Positions 20,344-31,949 are shown, counted from the first letter of the whole stretch. The stretch is 61,630 nucleotides of DNA, filler included, from 4 parts of 4 records of this genome joined end to end with filler, not necessarily neighbours in it; one strand, 5' to 3'. Made by a program: numbers and translations. Notes: generated from the sequence alone by a model not told the origin.

Positions 20344-21082
20344 GGGCTTTACAAGAAGCATCAGTGAACTCTCAAGAAAATTTTCCAGCGTGCTCTCAGA
20401 TGAGTTCAATAAATCCCTCAATACATTTCGCTTGGGTTCAGGCTCTGGACTAGAGGTGGCGCTGTGTGGTCCGATTCTGGAGTCACGCCTCCAAAACGGC
20501 TTTAGTTACCCGGCATGTGCCGAGATGTGAGATATGAACCAAAAACGCAAAGACGCCCAATCGTTCTTTACTGTATTATATATAGTAGCACATCGTATAC
20601 ACAAGATACATGTTTAACCTTGCATAACTCCAAAAAGGTTAACCACTCTGACGAGGGTATCTTTTTACACTGAGGACTCGACCAACCAGCCGGACCGCCG
20701 GGAGCTGCCCCCGGGCGCGGCTCGCCCCCGGCGCCGGGCCGCCGCCCACTGTCAGCCGCGCCTCACTCAGTCACGCAGTGCCGCCCCCGGCCCGCCCCGG
20801 CCGCCCCAGTCCGCGCGGACGGCCCCCGGGTGAGTCGTCCCGGCCAAGGAGTCCGGTGCGGGCTCCTGGATGGTGGACGGTGCCAGTGACCAAACCCGCC
20901 GGTCGACCGGACCGGCCAAGTGACCGTACATGTGGTCGGTCCACACAGAACCGCTACAGGTCGGTCTGGCTGGAAGTTAGGGCCAGCTGGCCACTGCTGA
21001 GCGGCCAAAGCTTCCTTTATTCCCACTCTGCAGGTTTATGTATTGCATGGTAGCCCGGGTATGTGGAGGATAAGCAGGAACT

Positions 21083-22390
21083 ATGTCTGACGCTGAGGAA
21101 CTTTTTGGTGTTCGGAACCACTTCTTTATGGGCAACTACCAGCAGGCCATTAGCGAGAGCTACTCGGTCCACACGGTGAGGCCTAGAGAAACAACTTTTT
21201 TATGATTGGACTCTCACCATCAACAGACAAATGAGAATGTCAAGAACGAGAAAGCTGCCTTCGTTTACCGTGCACAAGTGTATGTCGGCCTTGAACCCTA
21301 CTGAGCTACGACCACTTACTTGGCCTTGCTTGCAGAGCTTTAGGAAATCATCAGCTGGTTATCAACGAAGTCAACGAAAGCTCTCCTGTTCAGCTGCAGG
21401 CAGCCAAGCTTCTTGCAACATACACGAGCGATCCTGCCAATAAGGAAATTGCTATCATTACTTTGAAGGAGTGGTTGAACGTATGGTTTCTGTGAAGGGA
21501 TATGATAGTATTTGACTTGTTTGGCAGGATCCTGTAGCGGCGAACAACCCAACACTCGCTGCCATTGCGTGCACCATTTATATGAGGGAAGAGGACTACG
21601 AGAGTGCACTAAAGTGTGTTCACCAAGGGACTACACTGGAGATGTATGTATCCAAACAGCGACCTTATTTCGTTTGTGTTGATGAGTCTAATCTTGTTGC
21701 AGGCTTGCGCTCTCTATCCAGGTATTCTTGAAGATAAATCGCCTTGATCTCGCACAGAAGCAACTTGCGACGATGGCAAAGCAGGAGGATGATGCTCCAT
21801 TGACACAGCTGGCAGGAGCATGGTTGGCGCTTGCCCAGGGGGGCTCAAAGGTAGGTAATGCTTGTCGATGTTGTTGATAGTGTGACGGCCGAGTTCGTTG
21901 TATGTTTGGAGGCGTTGGTAGCGTGCGGGGGGCACGGGCTCAGCCTTGTTTGCTTCTAGGCCATGGATGCACACTACACATACCAGGAACTGGCAGAGAA
22001 GTACGACGATGCTCTTCCTCTCTTGAATGGTAACGCTGTTGCGCTGACTCAGCTGAAGAAGTATGACGAAGCGGAGCAGGTATGGATTTGATGTGTGTGC
22101 ATTACGTGCTGCTGAACTGAACACTGTGCAGGTATTGATGAAGGCCCTCGGAAAGGCGCCTACCGATGCGGATACGCTCTTCAACCTTGTCGTATGTTTG
22201 CAACATGCGCGCAAGCCTGCCGAGGTAGTCAACAGATTCTTGGGACAGCTTAAGGTAACAGTGGTGCCTTTGGTCGTTGTGGATGTACTGAGGTGCTCTT
22301 CAGAATGCCCTTCCAGACCATCCTTACGTGCGTAGGATGAATGAGCTTGACTCGGCTTTCCTCTCCGCAAAGAATCAGATTCAGGTGTGA
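21083..22390 (+). CDS. COPE: Coatomer subunit epsilon, 8 exons (21083-21175, 21227-21279, 21336-21480, 21528-21643, 21703-21850, 21960-22079, 22132-22254, 22304-22390), 294 aa
   Basis: Spliced product MSDAEELFGVRNHFFMGNYQQAISE..YRAQVALG..KEWLND..LTQLAGAWLALAQGG..PDHPYV; all introns GT-AG and frame-consistent. Confidence 0.92.
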
Positions 22391-23336
22391 AAGACGCGAG
22401 ATCTCACTGCCCGTAATGTGTAAAGATGCTACGGGAAGATCTATGCCATGAGTAATCTTATCTTGGGTTGGGTCGAGAGGGGCGGAGAGATTGTTTGGAA
22501 TATTGAGATGTCAAGGTTGGCCGTTTTCAGAAGCATTGGGAAGCTGAATGCTTGGTGCAGTCGAGGTTAAGAATCCCGTATAAGTGTATCCGAGTCACCT
22601 CCGTTCTGGTGATGAAATCAGTAGGCCGTTCGTGCTCACACACAGCTTACTGTACGCATGTCGCGTGGAACAAAGTAGACTCTGGGAACATGCATTTTGG
22701 AGGCCGGTTCCTCCAAAGGCAGCGTGGGCGCTCCTCGAGAAGCCCATATGGAGTACTATACGAAACCTTTCAGCTGACGATGCTCGGGCCAGTAAATCCG
22801 AGGCTAGCAAACTTGTTAGTTCCGGTCCTGAGAGCCACACCCGCTGCCCCCCCCCGCTGCAGCGGCTATTGGCCCTGAGCGTACCAGTACAACTGGCGTC
22901 ACGGTCGCGGCGGGCACCCCACCGGGCCGGTTGAGTCATCAGTCCTGGCGGGTGACCGGCCCGGGCCCCCACGGGGCGCTGGGCTCCGCCCGGACTGCTG
23001 CGGCACGGCTCAGTCCGCTGAGCCGGAGACCGGACTGCCGCGTGCCCCGGGGGCCGGGCCGGCCGGGCGAAGCGCCTGCCATCCGATCGGCGGCGGGCCC
23101 GGAGCTCACACCGGGCCACCCCAGCCGGCCGGCACGCACCGCGCTGCTCCCGTCTGACCTCAGCCTGCCGCCGGGACTGCCGCCTGGCGCTCACATGGCG
23201 CGCCACTCGCACGCTAAGTTATCCGCCCCGGGGGCAAAGCCCGGTGTGTTCAGGCGGCCGCGCCGGTCAGCGCTTCATTTCGTGTACGTATATCCACTTC
23301 AGGCTACACTATTCAACGCGAGTCCCGTGAAAAACC

Positions 23337-25501
23337 ATGTCATTCCTCGGGCTAGGCAAAAAGAAAAACCGAAAGCTCAGCTCTGATGTCAGTCGGGCAC
23401 AGATTCACGAAGTGCTTTTGAGAACACTGGGTATACTGCACGCACCTTCGTTCAGAAGTAAGTGTGAGCTGACTACTGTAGTGATGCTCCTAAAGTTCTA
23501 TTACAGAAAATGTATTCGAAGCGTCGGAAAAGGCCGGAGAGGAAAATAGTGACAATGCTATCCAGGCGCTCATAGAAAAAGAACAGCGTGCATTCATTGA
23601 GGATATGGGCCTTGCGCCGGAAAGTGAGTTCCTTATCAGTGATTTTAGTGTTCACTTCGGTGCTGACGTCGAATTGCAGGGGTCTTTGATGTACTTAAAG
23701 AGGTCCCAACGAAATACCGCGCAGACCAAGGCATGATTCGTCTTCTACGGCGGGTGGCGGACGAGGAAGTCGCTCTAGTTGTAAAGGCAAAGCTTGCGTT
23801 CGACCCCAGCCGCCAGGCGGAGAGCTCGAAGCATGAAACATGTACGCACTTATATTACAACACTTTCTCCATCTGTCTCAAGTGCGCCATAGGAGACAAG
23901 AAGGGTAAGCCAAGTCTTTGGAAACCATCTAAGGTGCTCACATTTCATCAGGATTTCGGTGGCAGGAAACCCCGGCGGTGGTGCAGCGTGAGGGTGACAA
24001 TGTGTGGTTGATCAAAAAGTGCAAAACTCACGGTGAAGAACGGGTGCTGTACTGCTCGAGTGTTGCGTTTTTTGAGCGGGTCCTGTCGTATACAACATCC
24101 GTAACCAACGGCGCCCCCGTGCGAATCTCTCCTGAGCACATTTCTCCGAGCTCCGGGACAGCGTCAGGCGGGCGCCCGCCGCTACAAAAGGGAAATACGG
24201 GGGGGTCTTGCGGAAACGGAGGCGAGGGCTCAGGTGAAGCTGTGAAGGTGCCACAGCAGGGCACAAGTGCGGGTGTTAAGGCACATCCGCACCACCGGCC
24301 TGCTCCGGAACCATTCTCGGACATCGCAGATCTGGAAGATTTAAGGGGTCGCTGCCACATGAAGAGTAGCCAGCAGGACTTCATGCGGCCGTTGGTTGCT
24401 GAGCTGAAGGTGTTTAGAGATGGATTTGCGAGCGAGGACGAGATCCGCGGAAAGGTGCAGAGCATCGTGCGAAACTATCCGGAGGGACAGCAGTTTGTGC
24501 TGAGGGTGAATGCGGGGCTGGCAGACGACATGAATGTTCTCAACAGCCGCCTCAAGTTTGTGGACAAGATCCTGCCGGATGGGCCCATGTTACTGGAGGC
24601 GTCCTTCGAACGCCTGATCATGCTCAGTCGACTTCCGGACACAGTCCTCTTCAACACGCGAGTGTACCCTGGAATCAGGTACTTTGTTGAAGCAGGAGCA
24701 ACAGACATGGCGCTTAGGGAGCTGAGAGACGCGGTGGCGGGCCTGAAGACTATAAGTGACATCCAGATCATGGTAACACTGTGCATTGACCGCCCGTTCC
24801 CTGACCTTAGCGTGATCCTTTCCTTCCTAAGATCTGAGGTGGGCTTTGTTCGGGGTATTGTCATTTCACCGGAGAGGTCGCCCAAGCAATTGGTGGAGGA
24901 GAGCATGAAGGTGGGATCCTCCATTAGCTCGTCCGTTGACCCCTACGATCTCCTTCTACACATCCAAGAATGGACGTCGCGCGATGGTGCACACGCGCCC
25001 ATTATGACATCAGATTTCACGCCTCTTCGGGTCTTTACTGTCTTCGAGCCTTTTCTCAAGGCCCTGGGCTACGGGAACTACAAGGTGCGGCCTTCACCAT
25101 ACTGCGGATTCTGTGTAGGCCTTATCAATACCAAATCACATCGGTCCAAGCCCGTTACGCAGTACGCCAATCTAGATAGGCTATACAGCAGTCTGCTGCC
25201 GCTCCTACCCCAGTTGGCTAAGATCAACCCCCTCAAACTATGGACCATGGTTGCCGTCAGAAAAATTGTATCTCAATCGTTGCATGCTGGGATGTCTAAC
25301 ATTGATTTCTTTTCGTATATGGTGGACAAATCCAAGCAACAGAAGGTCATACGTTTCCTTCGAGCCACGCAGTTCCTGGTCGTGCATAATAACATGGACA
25401 TTGGCAGTGTGGACATGCTGAGGCGATGCGAATGTCTCACGATTACCAATTCCTCCGTTGATGCCAACAGTGTCGCCGCGACATGTACGGGTTGTGTATA
25501 G
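23337..25501 (+). CDS. Tes/GDGT-MAS (MJ0619)-like protein lacking the radical-SAM motif; 4 exons (23337-23457, 23507-23623, 23680-23904, 23952-25501), about 670 aa
   Basis: Frame-consistent GT-AG introns; SICLKC..VWLIKKCKTHG, FVRGIVISP, DFTP, PSPYCG, HNNMD..DMLRRCEC, ATC blocks. Confidence 0.65.
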
Positions 25502-25531
25502 GTCTGTACACGAGGCCTCGACAGCCCATTC

Positions 25532-27794
25532 TCATGGAAGCACAAACTCTGGCGCGCTAGCCCTCAATACGGTCCTGGATGACGCATCTGCGTTGGTATC
25601 CACACCCGAGGTTGGCTCCGGGCTGTGCTTCGGTTCGCTGGCAGGGAGTGGCCCGGGAGCATTCTTCTCTGCTTTTTCGTGCTCTTCCTGCCTTTCCGCG
25701 AGCCTCTTTTGATCAATAGTCCACTGCTCACGAGCATCGAGGGCAAGAGAGTGGCACGACCTGAAATGACATCGTCAGATTAAACCACAAATACCACACC
25801 CTTTGCACTCACTTGAACACTTCGTGTGCACCATCGTAATTGAATATGGCGACGCAACTTATCCTTATAGTCTTGCCTAGAGCTCTTCCAAGGTTATTCC
25901 TGCTTAGGGCATATATCACGGCGATGTCATTCTCTTCAGCCTGCTCAATAATGCCTTCCACAAAGTCATTCAGTCCACCCTCGACATCACATTCCTCGAT
26001 GTTGTAGGCGACAATGAGTGCCTTGGCTCGCTTATTCTTGATAGCGCGCTTTACCTCGCGCAGCCCGCACACGTAGCGCCGCTTCATCTTGAACTTCATT
26101 GGTTCATTTGCCCGCACACGCTCCTGGAACTTCGTCAAGAGCTCCAACAACTCAGCGGCCTTCTTGTTTATGTCATCCGTAACTTTTTGGTTCACATAAG
26201 CACGTAGCCTGCGCTTGGCGGGCTTTGGTACATTCATTCGTTTCTGGATCTCCTGGATTTCACCCGTCTGTACTGCAACATCTACCATCTTGGGTTTCTT
26301 TCCCTTCACTTGAACCACCCGTCTGCTCTCTGATTCGCCCGGACCGACTTCACTGCTGCTGCCATCTGCACCCTCGGCACCGTCTTCATCATCATGCCCA
26401 TCATTCTCATCACCTTCATTGACGGATTCATCTGAGCCAGAACTTTCCACGTCGTCATCCATCTCCTCTTCATCGCCTGATGCCGCTCCAAATTCATTCC
26501 TGTCGCTCTTTCGCTTCTCGATTTCCGCCTTCCAGTTAAGGTATACAATCGAATCTTCTCCGTCACGTTGGCGGAGGAACTCCAAATACTGGGCTTCTCT
26601 GTGCTCCAAAATCACTCTCTTCATTCTGGATGGCTTCTTGACCTTGGTCTTTTCGCGTTCTTTTCCACGGGTCTGCCGGCGCTGATTAAGGCCCACAACA
26701 TCTGCCAAGGGGACCTTTCCCTTCGTTCGGTCGCGTGGTTCAACACCTGCCTTCGCCGAGGGCGCACCAACATATGGAACAAATGTGCCTACAACGACCT
26801 TCTGGTTCGATGCATTCTGGGATTCTTTCTTACTGGGAATCATCTTCACATTGAATAGTTCACCAAAATGGAACTGCCCTTTCTTCTTGTTCTTGGAGGG
26901 CTGGGCCGACGCAGGTGCCGCTGGCTTGGATTCAATGGACGCATTCTGCTTCGAACGGCCCTTCGCGCTGCCGGCAGTGGCCTCTACTAGTGTTGGACCT
27001 GCAAGAGCTAATGATGCCGTGGGCTTGGTCGAATCCGGAGGAGGATTTTCGGTGGAATCCGTCTCCGCCTTCGCTGCGGTATCGGCACCCTGATGGGTTT
27101 CGTTAGACCCTTTCAACCTATCGGCCCATGACATGGGCTTGGAAACAGAGGGTGCGGGCTCCGAAGGCTTGTCGGTGCCCGTGGTGGGCATTTCCCCGCC
27201 CACCTTTTCCTTCTTTGCTGGCTCCGCAACAGCCTTTGCATCTTTGTGCTTCGATACCCAAGCCCGATATTCTTCCCTCTGCTTCCATACGCCAACCGAA
27301 CCACCGCCAGGTCCACGAGCCGCCTCATTTCTACTAACCGATTCATGGGCAGCACTTGCAGACCCTGGCTTCCCTTTTCCTTGTGCCTTTCCTTGTGATG
27401 TAGCAGGATCCGGTTTCTCTCTGCCACCTAGTTTTGCATCATCCGGCTTAGCCGTCTGCTCCTTATTTTTTAACAGCGCTGTAGCAAATGAAACGGGGCC
27501 AGCAGCAGTGGCGGAGGCTGCTGGGGGTGCATCAGCACCTACACCGTTCTCTTCCTTGTTCTGTGCGCCCGCCTTACGGGACCTCCTTGTCCGCTTGCGC
27601 TTCTTCGCTTGCTCTCCAGTACCTTCTTCATCGCCTTCTGTAACAACGGGCTTTGCAGCCTCTATGGGCTGCACAGGCTGTTCGCTTTTCTTCTTATTCC
27701 TCCTCCTCCTTTGAGACTCGCGGACAGGAAAGTCGTCATCTCCACCGACACCCTTGTCAATTAACACAACCTCTGTCACTTGCCCGCTGGCCAT
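25532..27794 (-). CDS. SECISBP2: SECIS-binding protein 2 (SBP2 family); intron 25761-25812
   Basis: K-rich SID motif RGKERE..K.KKPSRMKRVIL, then L7Ae domain KRRYVCGLREV..GGL....IIE.A..ALSR..LGRAL..NYDGA. Confidence 0.88.
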
Positions 27795-28652
27795 GAGGAA
27801 CTGGTTCAACAAGTTATGGCTACTGAACACGCATATAAGTTGGTATGGCGCACGATGCTGACTTTTTCCGACGAAGAAGCGCTGAAACACACGACCACCC
27901 GCAAGGGCTACAGTGCACCACCCGCTTCCCCGATACCATGACAAAGACACCGACACCGCTCGCCCGTGCAATCGGACCGTGCCGCCCCGGACCGGCCGGC
28001 CCAGCGCTGGCGGCGGGCGGGGCGGCGGGCCGGACGGTGCCACCAGCCGGGCCGGCCACTCGCTGACGCCGCGCGGGCCGGGATTGACCTAGCCCCCCCC
28101 CCGGGACGAATCCCGGGGAGTCGGAGTCCCCCCCCCAGTCGACCAAGCGGCGGTCCGGCGCTCACTGACCCGGCTGGGCTGTTGGGGCTGGCGCCCGGCC
28201 CGAGGCCGGCCGGGCTCATCGCCGAGAGTCCCGAGGGCCCGCGGCTGGCGGCCCGTCACTCAGTGGCAGCCGCCATCATCGGCCGGACCGACCGGGGCCC
28301 AGCATTGAATCATCGATACTTATAGTTGGTACCAAGTCTGTATTTGCAGTATACGATACTTAAGGGCCGGGCTCCGGTTGGGCCACCAGTCGTCGGACAG
28401 GTTCCAGGATCGAGAACTAACTGCACTGGCTGGTCTCATCCTCTTGACGAAGACGAGTCCAGCCCTTCGTGGCCACGGATCACAGGCCCTAGGATCACAG
28501 TGGTTTGTCGAACGGTTTTGGAACCGTCAGGTGGAGAGCCAGTCAGACACGAAGCCGCCAATTTTCTTCCACCTCTTGGCGAGTAGTGACACTGTTGTCT
28601 TTATGTAATTGTATTACTACGAACATCTCAAAGTTTGCTGCGTTTTGCAAAG

Positions 28653-29828
28653 ATGGGTAACTTGTCAGGGAAGAAAGGAGAGGTGCATTTATCTGCTCAG
28701 CCTATTGCGCACCCTGGTGATCCTTCTGCTGACCCTACAGCTCCGGTTGGTACTCTTGAAGACTGCCACAAGGCTGGTGGGTGCGTTTTGAAAGCTGTCA
28801 TTGCACATGGAATGAAGTCTGTTTTCCAGGGAAAATGCGATTTGTGTGTGTCTCAGACACTCATAACCTTGCAGATAAACTTGAGATGCCTCCTGGAGAT
28901 GTTCTGCTTCATGGTATCTACTGTTTCTCCGGTGCTCGACGTCTCCTTATTGATTTTGGATGTTAGCTGGGGACTGGAGCAACACTGGAGTGTTGGACGA
29001 TGTCAAACAGTTTAATGACTGGCTGGGGACGTTGTCATACAAATACAAGATCGTTATTGCAGGTGTGGTATTGAATGTTTGATAAAAATGTGGCTTACCG
29101 CTATGTAGGAAACCACGACCTACCTTTCGATCCAGAAGGCTATGAGAAGAGGTGGTCTAGGTTTCACAAAGTTAAACAGGATCCAAAAGCTTGCAAGGCT
29201 GCTCTGACAAACTGCATTTATCTCGAGGATGAAGAATACGTGATTGAGAACCGTGTCAAGGTGTATGGTTCACCATGGCAACCTGAATTCTGTGGTATGT
29301 CCACTTGTCCTTGCATATGGACTTGCTTTAAGATCCAGCTTAGATTGGGCTTTCAACCTGCCCCGAGGAGCCCCCCTCAAGAAATACTGGGACAAGATTC
29401 CCGCCGACACGAGTATGTCTAGCAGAGCTTTGCCAGTGCCACTTGTGCCGCTCTAATCCACTCCTGAAGATGTACTCCTTACACATGGCCCGCCATGGGG
29501 AAACCATGGAGGTGTCACTTATAGCGGATTTGACGCCGGCTGTGAAGAGCTTCTTCTCGCTATCCAAAGGTTTGCGTCAATATATTGTGTTTTACTATGT
29601 GGCCTCACACAATGTACTCTTCGACTAGGATTAAACCCCAGGTTCATGTGTATGGACACATACACGAGGGGGCAGGAACAACATGGGAAGGACCGGTGAG
29701 TGGACTCAACACGTTTGGCATTAAGGAGGGTCCCATACCAACCAAACTACCAGACCAAATGCATCAATGCATCCAACTGCACATTGCAGTACCAGCCTGA
29801 CAACCCTCCGATCGTATTCGATATGTAA
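28653..29828 (+). CDS. Metallophosphoesterase, MPPED1/2 (239FB) family; multi-exon
   Basis: Spliced motifs RFVCVSDTH, VLLHAGD, VIAGNHD, YGSPWQP, WAFNLPRG, LLTHGPP, HVYGHIHEG, INAS. Confidence 0.9.
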
Positions 29829-29885
29829 TCTAGTGTGTTCCGCAGCGTCCATGCAGCAACGATTCCCGCGCATGGGCGTTGAATG

Positions 29886-31665
29886 TTACTTAAACCTACC
29901 AAACTGGTTTGCCTGTGCTCTTTTTGCGGCCACTATGTCCCGTGGAGTAGGGTCCTTATTGGTTGGCATTTCCACGAAATTAGTGGTTCTTCGCTGCCTC
30001 CTGGGGAGGTTGTTCCTAGGCCTATCCGTTTTGGGACCAGGCCTCACTGCAGGCGGTGCCTGTTGACCTATAGATGGCCGCGCCGATTCGTGCCGTGGAC
30101 CCTGATACTCAGATGAGCCGTCACTATGAATCGGACCTTGGAAGTTCAGGGCTGGCATCCCGCCTTGGTTCGAGATGAGGTTCTCCAAAGCAAGCTCCCC
30201 CTCCATCTCACCCAGGGTCATCCCTTCCACATCAGTGTGCAACTCCAGATTGTTCAGTCTTTGCAGCGTTCCATCCAATTCTCTATTTAGGGTTGCCGCC
30301 GACTGGAACACGTCCATCACACGCTGGAAGCGCTCTTCGCCAAAGCGAGCCTCCTCAGTCTTCCTGACCACCTTGCCTATCCAGTCCTTAATCCGCTTTA
30401 CCTCATCCTGCCGCTCTGTGCAATCACACCTGTATCAGACACCTACAAAATTGGGACACTAAATCATCTCACCCTGAACTTGTGTATGCATCAGCTTAAG
30501 CCCAGCCATTGCTCGCAGGGCTTTCCGTTCGCTCTCCTCAAGCTTTTCTTGCAAATGGTGCATGCTTTCCTGGTGCTGGTTTTTCTCCCAAGCAGCATTT
30601 TGTTCCAGTCTCTGGATCTGGAAGATGTATGTCGGCCCCCAGTCCTTCAGATTGTAACCATTTCACCTGGCTTACCTGCATTTCACTTGCCAATCGCTCC
30701 CGTTGCTGAATTGCAGCAACTTCATTCCGCATCTTGGTTACTTCGACCCTAAGCTTAATGTTTTCCTCCTGAAGAGCCTTAAATGCCGGGTGTGCCCTAT
30801 CTTCTTTCGACAAGTGCACCGGAACTGAGTGCTCAACCCGAGGCTGCAGTGTGCTTTGCGGGAATGAATGGAGACCCGTGAAATTGGGCAAGTTACTGTA
30901 CAAGGCACCGGGAACCTGCTGAGGAGAAGACGCGAATCCAACTTCCGCCGCTGCGTTATTCCCATACATGCTCTGTTGCATGTATGGCCCGACTTCGTTG
31001 GCGTGGTTGTATCCGACGGCCGGGGTCTGAAACGCCGCACCGGCTGATTGGAATGTTGCATTGGTAGTGCCACCGATATTCATCGGAGGCACGCCAAACG
31101 ACGTCAGCTGAACTTGCTCAGTGGGCAAGTATTGATTTGCAAGGGATTTCTCTGGGTAAACGGATTGTGCGGGAGCCAGCCCCCGAGGTGACACATATCC
31201 TCCCCCGGACTCAGGCACTGTCGGTGGTGACGCCCTTGCGTATCCTGAGGGCGCCTTCTCCGACTTTCCGGTGCTCGAGGCAGCATAGCCGCCGCGGTTA
31301 GCACTCTGCGTGACAGCTGGTGGCGATGCAAAGAACTCAGACGCCCGCGGAGTCGTAAGTTCAGCGACACCAGGACCACTTGCCGATACACCTGCACGTG
31401 CATACCCAACCACGGGTTTGTTGTTCCTCAATCCAGACACCGGAGGCTCAGCTACCTTCTTGGCTTTCAGTTGCCGCAGCGCCTGCGGGGGTACAGACAA
31501 CGGCTTCGGCGACCCTTTCGGGGGCTGCGCCCCCAATGGACTCTTCTTTGCAGTAGGGGCTGTCTTTCGGGACTCGGTGCCTCCAGTTGCCTCTGCTGCA
31601 GGAACAACCTTCAATCTCGGCAAGCGAGAGGGTGGGGGTTCCTTCGCGCCAATGTTGGGAGGCAT
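29886..31665 (-). CDS. Hypothetical protein: Pro/Ser-rich N-terminus plus coiled-coil C-terminal half; about 3 exons
   Basis: ORFs 30538-31665 and 29886-30371 can be joined through GT-AG introns near 30615-30675 and 30430-30470; heptad-rich exon IQRLEQNAAWEKNQHQESMHHLQEKLEESE. Confidence 0.6.
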
Positions 31666-31822
31666 TGTGTGGCCGGCCTCCTACCGCGGTCGTAAAGAGG
31701 GGAGACGACGTCTAGCTTAGATTCTGCCAAATTGATTTCTTGTACTCGAATAGGAACAAAGGTGGAATAGAGTGCAGCGTCTGTAAGACTCACGACGAGT
31801 GAGGCCAGGCACCCCCGCACTG

Positions 31823-31922
31823 NNNNNNNNNNNNNNNNNNNNNNNNNNNNNNNNNNNNNNNNNNNNTTAATTAATTAANNNNNNNNNNNNNNNNNNNNNN
31901 NNNNNNNNNNNNNNNNNNNNNN
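31823..31922. other. Artificial contig linker
   Basis: N-run with TTAATTAATTAA. Confidence 0.99.
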
Positions 31923-31949
31923 TGGGTTCGATTCCCATCACCCGCTCCA
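31923..31949 (+). tRNA. 3' end of a tRNA, probably tRNA-Gly (truncated)
   Basis: T-arm TGGGTTCGATTCCCA, acceptor strand CACCCGC, U discriminator and encoded CCA; anticodon not in the contig. Confidence 0.8.

Noticed and set aside
22605-22780. Possible box C/D snoRNA or SECIS (GTGATGA...CTGA with small hairpins)
   Set aside because: No terminal stem, spacing long for a C/D RNA, and no in-frame UGA in the upstream COPE gene
22595-23386. Arg/Pro/Gly-rich ORFs in GC islands (also 20763-21053 and 27820-28325)
   Set aside because: Open in several frames on both strands because of extreme GC content; no protein-like motifs
24028-24924. Antisense ORFs within long genes (also 16644-17165, 27133-27714, 46334-46747)
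   Set aside because: Shadow ORFs opposite well-supported coding sequences
27795-28043. N-terminal extension of the 744-aa SBP2 ORF
   Set aside because: Begins at a non-ATG codon inside the GC island; first credible ATG is at 27794
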